From Octopus sinensis (Eukaryota), in contig NC_043006.1 in the NCBI RefSeq assembly GCF_006345805.1, positions 71,734,001 through 71,798,000 of the forward strand: 64,000 nt of DNA, written 5' to 3'. Below are positions 56,301 through 64,000 of this stretch, piece after piece. A program made the position numbers and the translations under genes. The notes below the pieces were generated by a model, which was given only the letters and a program-made list of their open reading frames with translations, did not search any database and was not told the DNA's origin. The stretch's first letter is position 1, and each line of letters starts with the position of its first letter.

Positions 56301-59300
56301 TACATTAAGGTTTTGTTGCCTCTGATAGAGGAAATGGTGCACATCATGTCAATGAGAGATGTTAAACTCAGGTTGTATTCTGTGGTAACTGGTCTATCAG
56401 TGATGTATTTACATTAAGTATGATTCACAGGTGGCTATTTTACTTGTTCACATGTTATGACTTCAGTTTGTGCTATGATAACTCTCATGTCCATTTTGAC
56501 ATATGAATGTCCAGTTGTTTAATCAACCAGGCAATCTGCTCATTAGATTTGTGGCTAAGTTCCACAGACATGTGAACCTTTAACGTAATTATCACAGTGA
56601 TAGACATGTGTGACACACCCTTTTAAATTATAGGTTCAGTACATCTGCTAGGCTTCCCCACACTTTCCATCTCCCCAGTTTCACTCACAAAGCTTGATGG
56701 TACCATGTGAAAAGTGTCCATGCTAATGCCATGTAAAACACCGCCAGCACACTCTATAAAGGGGTTGGTGTTAGGAAGAGCATCCAGCCATAGATACCAT
56801 GCCCAAACAAACAATTGGAGCCAGGTGCAGTTCTCTGGTTTGCCAGCTCCTGTCAAATCGTCCAACCCATGCCAGCTTGGAAAATAGGAATAAAATGATG
56901 ATGTCGTGTCTAGAAGGGAAGTCTGATGGTTTTTGAAATGGTAGGTGGAGTTGTGTGCTCAGTGGCATTGTATCTCACACATGATTGCATTTCAGCAATT
57001 CTAGAGCAGTAGAACACGTGACATAGTGTATTTTGTGATCAAGAAATTTCTTTTTTAAATGTGGTTTGTTTATTCAAATGCAGTAAAATTTTCAGTTTCT
57101 CTTTTAATGTGGGCTATCAAGGAAAATACGACATTATTTTGGAAATACAATATGTTTAATATGACATTGTTTGGAAATACAATATGTTTAATTGTAAAAC
57201 AATATTGTTTTGGTTAGAAAACTTCAAGCCGATTAGCTCTGTATTGAAAAAAAAACCCCACCAGCAAGTGTGCGAACAGTTTGAACAGTGCAAGATATTG
57301 AGGCCATTAGGACAAGCTGTAATGAATGGCCTTTGTTGTTCTGTATCAAACTGTGTTGCTACATTAGACATCTCAGATTGTTGTGCTCAGATGATACTGT
57401 GCCTTGATTTAAATTTTCAGCTTTATAAGGTTACGATTATATCATAGGGAACATGGAAATAATTATTAGCATCATCATTTTCCATACTTTTCTTGGCCAT
57501 TAGGTAATTTAACCAACATATTGCTTATTTGAGCTAGTGCTACTAACCCCAAGATTCCGAGTTCAATTCCAGGCAGTGACCTGGATAAAAATAATAATAA
57601 TAATAATAAAAATTACTATTTGTCAAGAAAATACTGCAATTCCTCATGATATGGTGTGTTGCACAATTCAGAACTTTCAGGCTATGCTGCAATGTTTGTG
57701 AGTGAAATAATGGAGAGCATTTAAATGATGTTATTTTTCAAGACAAGCTGGACAGTTACTGATGTCTTAACATGTTTATAAATAGCATACAGGCACAAAC
57801 ATGGCTGTGTGGTTAGGAAGCTTGCTTCTCGGCCATGTAGCCTTAGATTCAATTCCAATGCACAGCACCTTGGGCAAGTGTCTCTTTTATATTTCTGAGC
57901 TGATCAAAGCCTTGTGAGTGGATTTAGTACATCAAAACTGAAAGAAACCTATCATATCTACATCTTTATCTGTGTGTGTGCGCACGCGTGCCTTTCTGTA
58001 GACACCATGTAATAGTTGTAGATGAACAGCATCCAGCATCATCATGCAAGCAAGATTGTTCGTCTCCGGACTTCTGTAAAAAACATATTTAGCTATAGGG
58101 AAGTATTACCTTGCCTGGAAACAGGTGAGGGTTGGTGACAGGTAGAGCATCCGGCTGTGGAAAATTTGCCTCAACAAATTCCCTACTTACTCATGCAAGC
58201 ATGGAAAAGTGATGATATAATGCTCTGTATGTATAGGCAATAAAGATTGCTAATATCCCGTTTATAAATACAAAATTCAAGTAATATCATGTCTGATGAT
58301 ATAATGTATAGGTACATACTATTAGCGCTCAGGTTGACTTGCTATCTAAAAGCTCCAACTTGAATTGCAAACTAAAAGCAGAGATATCACAGCTGCATAA
58401 TGATGGTTGTCTGTAGGCAGTAATCAGTTGAGCTGGTACATGCATTAACCCTTTGGTTACTGTATTTATTTTGAGATGTTCTGTATGTTTTTCAATTAAT
58501 TTTAAATATAAGAAAGAATTTAGTAAAATAACGTTATCATTAAGCTAGTATTAGGAATATAAATTGTGACTAACGTTTGGTGGAAGATTTTAATTTAAAA
58601 CTTATGAAAACAAGACATTTGTAGTACAGAGCCAGAGGCGGTTTCAGCCAGATTGGTATCAAAAAGGTGAAAAATATCTTGATCATTTGTTAACCCTTTT
58701 GTTACCATATTTCTGTTGTGATGCTCTGTGTTTTTTTCAATTTTAAATATAACAAAGCATTCAATAAAATAACTTGGTTATCATTAAGCTAGTGTTAGGA
58801 ACATATATTGTGACTAATGTTTGGTGGAAGATTTTAATTCAAAACTTATGAAAACAAGACATTTGTAGTACAGAGCCAGAGGCAATTTCAGCCAGGTTGG
58901 TATTGAAAGGGTTAAAGGGGTAAAGTATAAACAGGCAAAATGACTGGTTCACTGGTTCTCAACTGATGGACCCCTTTGAGTACTATTTCTTACTGGTGGA
59001 CCTCCCCTTAGCCATTTGGTGTTTAATAAGTAAGTGATGTCAGTGTACATGTGTGACAGAGCACTGATGTATTGAGAGAGGAGTTGTGCATAAGGGGAAT
59101 TATAGGCAGTGTTCAAGAGAGGAGACTGTGCTGGTTTGGTCATATGATGCAGATGGATGAGGACAGATGCATAAAGAAATGCCAATCACTGTAAGTGGAG
59201 GGTTGTTGAAGAGATGAAGTATTAAAGGTTGTCCTCAAAACACTGAGCCTTGCGAAGGAGTTGACAGCGAACTGAGAATGTGATGCATTGCTGTAGTTAA

Positions 59301-62300
59301 GAAGACCCATCCACCACAATAGAATTGACATCCCAAAAGCAAGGTGCCACATAAAAAGCATTGGTCAGGGTGATGGTGCCATGCAAAAAACACTGGTGAT
59401 GGTGCTATGTAAAAAGCACCCGGTATACTCTGTAAAGTGTTTGGTGTTATGAAGGGCATCCAGCCTTAGACACCAAGCCAGAAAACATACGGTTGTGCCC
59501 CCCTCCCCCTTGCCAATTTGTGTCAAACTGTCCAGTCCATGCCAGCATGGAAAATAGATGTTAAATATGGATGATGGTGGTGGTGGGTATCATCATCGTC
59601 ATCATCCAGTGTTTTAAATCTGGGTTTTGTCTCTATTAACAAGGGTGGCCAGATCTACCTCAATGCCATAGCAACTGTGTTAGGCAGGTGCAGCCCACCC
59701 CAACCTTTGGGCTTGCTGGTGCCCATTCTCCTTTGCTATCATGAGGCTTTTTTGGAGCTGGATTTTCTACAGGGAGCATGTCCTTGCTTACCCCCAACCT
59801 CAGTTTCTAGTCACGAGTGGTCCCAAGACCAAGGCCTTTACCACAATTTTTAAGAAATCTAGTGGAAAACTAGCTCAGGAAGGCAGGGACACTACTCTCT
59901 GAGCCCCCCCCCCTATATTAGTATATACACACTTGTATATTTTAATGTCTACAAATATTGATTATATTGTTCCCCAGTATATTTAAATGTATAACTCATC
60001 ATCATCATTTAGCATCCATTCTCCATGTTCACATGGGTTGGACAGTTTAATGAGCTGGCTGGTCAGAGGGCTATACCAAACTCTATTGTCTGTTTTGGTA
60101 TGATTTCTACAGCTGGATACCCTTCCTAATGCCACATGCACAACCATATTCATATGTGACAATTCGTTTATATATTGCAAAATTAGAGTATTACTGTGTA
60201 TTATAAGTTATAACCAGTGTATGTGTGTGTATTTCTATCCCTTAAATCTCTCAACTGCCACAAAGCCACACCCCTTCAATACTACTACCCCTTCCCAGCT
60301 GAGGAGTTTTTGTCTTGTAAGGTACTTGGTGACCCTGTTGGTGCTGGTGCCAAATTAAAAGCACTCAATACACTCTATAAGGTGGTTGGTATTTAGGAAA
60401 TGCATTCAGCTGTAGACGTCCACCTTTCCATGCTTGCATGGGTTAGATGAAATTTATTGAGGGAGATTGTCTAGGGGTGGATGACTTTCCTGTCACCAAC
60501 ACCTCCATGATTCCAGGCAAGGTATCTTTTCCTTGTGGCCAGAGAAATTCTTGCGGAATATTGGAAATGAATGACAGTGGCCAGACTAAAGGAAAATAAC
60601 AGCTTGCTTGGAAACAAGTGAAGGCTGGCATTAGGAAGGACATCTGACCATAGAAAAATTTACCTCAATGAATTGTCTCTGAACGATAAGGTACTAAAAT
60701 GGTGATGATATATATAATCATCATCATCATCATTTAATATCCATGTTCCATGCTAGCATGCGTTAGATGGTTTGACAAGATCCAATGGGTCTAAGAACTG
60801 CATCATGCACCAATGTCTGTTTTAGCATGGTTTCTATGGCTGGATGGTCTCGCTAACACCAACCACTCTTTTTTGTGCCACTGGAACTAACGAGATTGCC
60901 ATGCAGCTTGCAAGACTACAAATCTTGAGGTATGTGTGTTGGAAGTCAACTTTATGCTATGAGATGGTGTTAAAGATGTTCCCCACCCCTCATATTTGTA
61001 GTCTTGTAAACTCTCCCTATATATATATATAGAGACACACACATAAGCACACGTATTTTTGTTGAAAGCTCTTGATTCACTGTTTCCAACATTTCCATTC
61101 TTTCTAAATCTGTCTTTGCCAATCTTTATTTACTGCTATCATTCTTCTCATTCAATCTCTGTTTTATTCCAGTTTGTGCCAAAGAGATAAGGAATCAGAA
61201 TCTGAAACAGACCAGTTGTATTTCAAGTGAGTTCTCTTCCTGTTTACCATTTTCTATTCATATATAATGCACACTCTCCTGTATAATGAGCTTCACTGAT
61301 TATGGGTTCGAAATCCCAGAAGTGTATTGTTTGGCATTATTGAAGATAATAGGGAGCTGATGAGCTTTTTAATGATCTGATTGAATGGGCCTACACTTAA
61401 CATGAGTCTATTTGTAGGCCAAAGAATGACAGCTGTTGTTGTCCCTTACCCACCTCTGACATTTTGTAATACTTTGTTTTCTAATTACTTCTTAACTACT
61501 TGCAGTGGCTATGCTAGTATAGAAGTACATGAAGAGATGCTTATGGACACTGTCCGCACAATGACCTACAGGTGAGAAATTGCTCAATATTTTATTTACC
61601 TTTGCTGCTGTGTCCTTGCTTCATTTGTCTCTTTGTGTTTCAATTTATTTTGTTGCCTTTTTGTCATATGTATTTTCTCCTTGTATAAATATTTATGGAG
61701 AGCCAAAGACAGTAAGGCTAGGGTGCTACACAACTAAACACAGTGATGAATTTAAACCTTTCTTTGACCATCTTTCTGATAAAATACACTACCGCTGAAG
61801 TTCATCAAGAATTAAGTTAGTTTTTGGAACATAATAAAGCGGTATCTTACGTAAAATTATGATGGGTGGTTTCAATTATAATATAAACATTTTAAAACGA
61901 AAGGTTTTATTTTAGAATATATAAGTGCATGCACATTCATAGATACACGAACACACACATGCATATAATGTTTATAAATATATAAGATAAAAAAAATTGG
62001 CTGTGAGATAAGTAGATAGTTTACCAACTACATGGTTCCAGGTTCAGTCCCACTGCATGGCACCTTGGGCAAGTGTCTTTTACTATAGCCTCGGACCAAC
62101 CAAAGCCTTGAGTGGATTTGGTAGATGGAAACTGAAAGAAGCCCACCGTGTGTGTGTCTGTGTTTGTTCCCCCAACATCACTTGCCAACCAATGCTGGTG
62201 TGTTTATGTCCCTGTAAATTAGCAGTTCAGCCAAAGAGACCAATAGAATAAGTATTAGGTATACAAAGAGTCCTGGAGTCGACTAAAGGTGGTGCTCCAG

Positions 62301-63104
62301 CATGGCCACAGTCAAATGACTTAAACAAGTTAAAGAGTATATCGTAATCAAGAGTAGTAGTCTCAGGTAGATGAGTATTAGCAGCATTTAAACCTCATTA
62401 CAGTTATTGTGTTGAGTGTCTTACATAAGTTACATTACACTGTATCTGTGTGTGTGTGTGTATGAGTGCTTCACTTTACATAGAAGCAACAGTAGTTACA
62501 GAAACTTCATTATTTACATTATTTACATTTGACAGATATTTGTCCTCATCTTGTTTGTTGTTAACACAACATTTCGGCTGATATACTGTCCAGCTTTCAT
62601 CAGGTGTCTTGGGGAAATTTTGAACCTGGGTTCTCATTCCTAAGGTATTTTTTGATGTTGTTATTATTATTATTATTCCGGTCACTGCTTGGAATTGAAC
62701 TCGGAATCTTGGATTTAGGAGCCTGCACTCTTAACCACTACACCATATGCCCGTGGCGTAGTGGTTAAGAGCATGGGCTACTAACTCCAAGATTCCGAGA
62801 TCGATTCCAGGCAGTGACCTGAATAATAATAATAATACAGCATCGAAAAATACCTTAGGAATGAGAACTCAGGTGTGAAATTTCCCCAAGACACCTGATG
62901 TTCAACTAAATGCTTCAAAGTGGTGCCCCAGCATGGCTGCAGTCCAATGACTGAAACAAGTAAATGATAAAAGATAGATATCTTATGCTATAACCACACA
63001 CCTCTGACACTAACCAAAATGTTTGTTATATTCCAGGGAGGCAATTCTCAAGAATCAGGAATTATTTAAAGACAAAGTCATTGCTGACATTGGTGCTGGT
63101 ACAG
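51685..63104 (+). CDS. PRMT6: Type I protein arginine N-methyltransferase, PRMT6-like, 5' part (four exons; gene continues beyond the window)
   Basis: join(51685-51704,61173-61226,61506-61571,63037-63104), GT-AG with matching phases 2,2,2. Reads MDNPRKRLCQRDKESESETDQLYFNGYASIEVHEEMLMDTVRTMTYREAILKNQELFKDKVIADIGAGTG. VHEEM..D.VRT..YR and D(I/V)GAGTG are type I PRMT motifs; the basic PRKR start and DQLY favour PRMT6. Exon 1 is the least certain. Confidence 0.75.
52783..53008. mobile_element. Tc1/mariner MITE
   Basis: TA-GGGTTGGTCAAAAGTTACC / rc TA-GGGTTGGCCAAAAGTCACC inverted ends. Confidence 0.75.
53020..53325. repeat. Compound (TA)n/(GA)n/(CA)n microsatellite with a locally duplicated ~115-bp block
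   Basis: The GAGAATTATAT..ACCTTGA(G/A)GAATTCTCTC.. block occurs twice. Confidence 0.75.
58449..58911. mobile_element. Two tandem copies of a piggyBac-like MITE
   Basis: TTAA-CCCTTT starts at 58449 and 58694; second copy ends AAAGGG-TTAA at 58911-58915. Confidence 0.7.
59040..59580 (+). mobile_element. Degenerate RTE LINE 3' fragment
   Basis: VQERRLCWFGHMMQMDEDRCIKKC remnant followed by the family 3'UTR and GAT-type tail. Confidence 0.75.
61998..62337 (+). mobile_element. tRNA-derived CORE-type SINE
   Basis: Homologous to 2602-2957. Confidence 0.75.
62563..62608 (-). ncRNA. Minimal type I hammerhead ribozyme motif (Penelope/retrozyme type), slightly decayed
   Basis: Minus strand GACAC-CUGAUGA-A-AGCUG..CAGCC-GAAA-UGUU-GUGUU: core boxes, 5-bp stem I (GACAC/GUGUU), stem II; two likely deamination mismatches. 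Confidence 0.6.
62598..62900. repeat. ~300-bp near-perfect palindrome of two head-to-head tRNA-like segments
   Basis: Arms mirror around ~62749; the right arm has an A box TAGTGGTTAAG and a B-box-like GATCGATTCC; partial homolog at ~57535-57610. Confidence 0.8.
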
Positions 63105-63824
63105 GTAGATTCATCTTTCTGTCTTCCCCATATTTTCTCACCTTGCACATCTCCCTATTTTCTGATCTGTCTATCACTTTATTATACTGCTGCTTTCCAC
63201 CCTTCCTATACTGTCACTTGTTACCTCCACCTTCGTGAGTCACTCCTATATCTTTCAGTGCCCACCCTTGCTAATATTTATCATTGACCACACCTCTACC
63301 CTTGTTCATCATTCACCTCTACAGTCACCTCTACCCCTATTTCTAGTCTTCCCAATCCCATGACTGTATTTTTTATCTTATACTCCTTGTTGTACCTTGA
63401 AAGTACATTCTGATATCTTGTCGCCAACATTTTCATCATCTTTCCAGCTAATTCCACCTAATCTTTTATAATGTTGGTTAACCATGTTACTCCTGTATAG
63501 CAAGACACTTGTGCCTGTTCCTCTATCATAATTTAGCCTCTCTACCCCTGGTATAAAGCCCTCTCATCCTCTGCTACAAATCCACTCAACCGAAGGGGTT
63601 TCTTCTTTTTGCCTTGTGAATTACTTGGCAACCTCCTTAGTGTCAGTGTCATGAAAATGTACACAATACGCTCTGTAAAGTGTTTGCTGTTAGGAAGGAC
63701 ATGTAGCTGTAGAAATCATGCCAAAACAGACACTTGAGGTTGATGTAGTCCTCCAGATTGTTGGATGCTGTCAAACTATCCAATCCATGCCAGCATGGAA
63801 AACGGGCCTTAAATGATGATGATG

Positions 63825-63859
<35 letters not shown>

Positions 63860-64000
63860 CTTGTACCAGTGGTACATGAAAAACATCATTTGAGCGAGGG
63901 CATTGCTAGTGCCACTGGACTGGCTCCTGTGCAGGTGACACATAAAAACACCATTTGAGCGTGGTCGTTGCCAGTACTGCCTGACTGGCCTTCATGCCAG

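Noticed and set aside
62750-62820. tRNA gene
   Set aside because: Degenerate B box and acceptor stem, mirrored copy and dispersed homologs indicate a repeat-derived tRNA-like head.

Overview
AT-rich eukaryotic genomic DNA. The dense microsatellites, tRNA-derived SINEs, RTE and R4/Dong-type LINE fragments and Tc1/mariner MITEs look like an octopod cephalopod (organism is inferred). I rebuilt three + strand genes by hand from GT-AG signals and reading-frame phase. (1) The last coding exon of NDUFS1 (820-963). (2) A 14-exon secreted animal heme peroxidase of 1767 aa (14982-42007). (3) The first four coding exons of a PRMT6-like methyltransferase (51685-63104, running off the window). Main result: the 1197-aa His-rich 'ORF' at 23697-27290 is not a separate gene. 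It is a 3572-nt exon (23711-27282) spliced in frame into the peroxidase catalytic domain. It expands the loop between the CFP and C-x-x-x-x-RS cysteines from 17 residues in myeloperoxidase to 1169 residues. The insert holds a His10 tract, a His-heptad array, HS(H/Q)TS pentamers, three furin-type R-x-K-R|S sites, mussel-foot-protein-like HKPKSYP(Y/H) octamers and Tyr/His/Ser 14-mers. The heme pocket keeps both histidines and the distal Arg but lacks both heme-ester acids and the proximal Asn. It looks like a cross-linking enzyme (or pseudoenzyme) and its structural substrates encoded as one cleavable polyprotein. A tRNA-like palindromic element next to a minimal hammerhead ribozyme motif lies in a PRMT intron.
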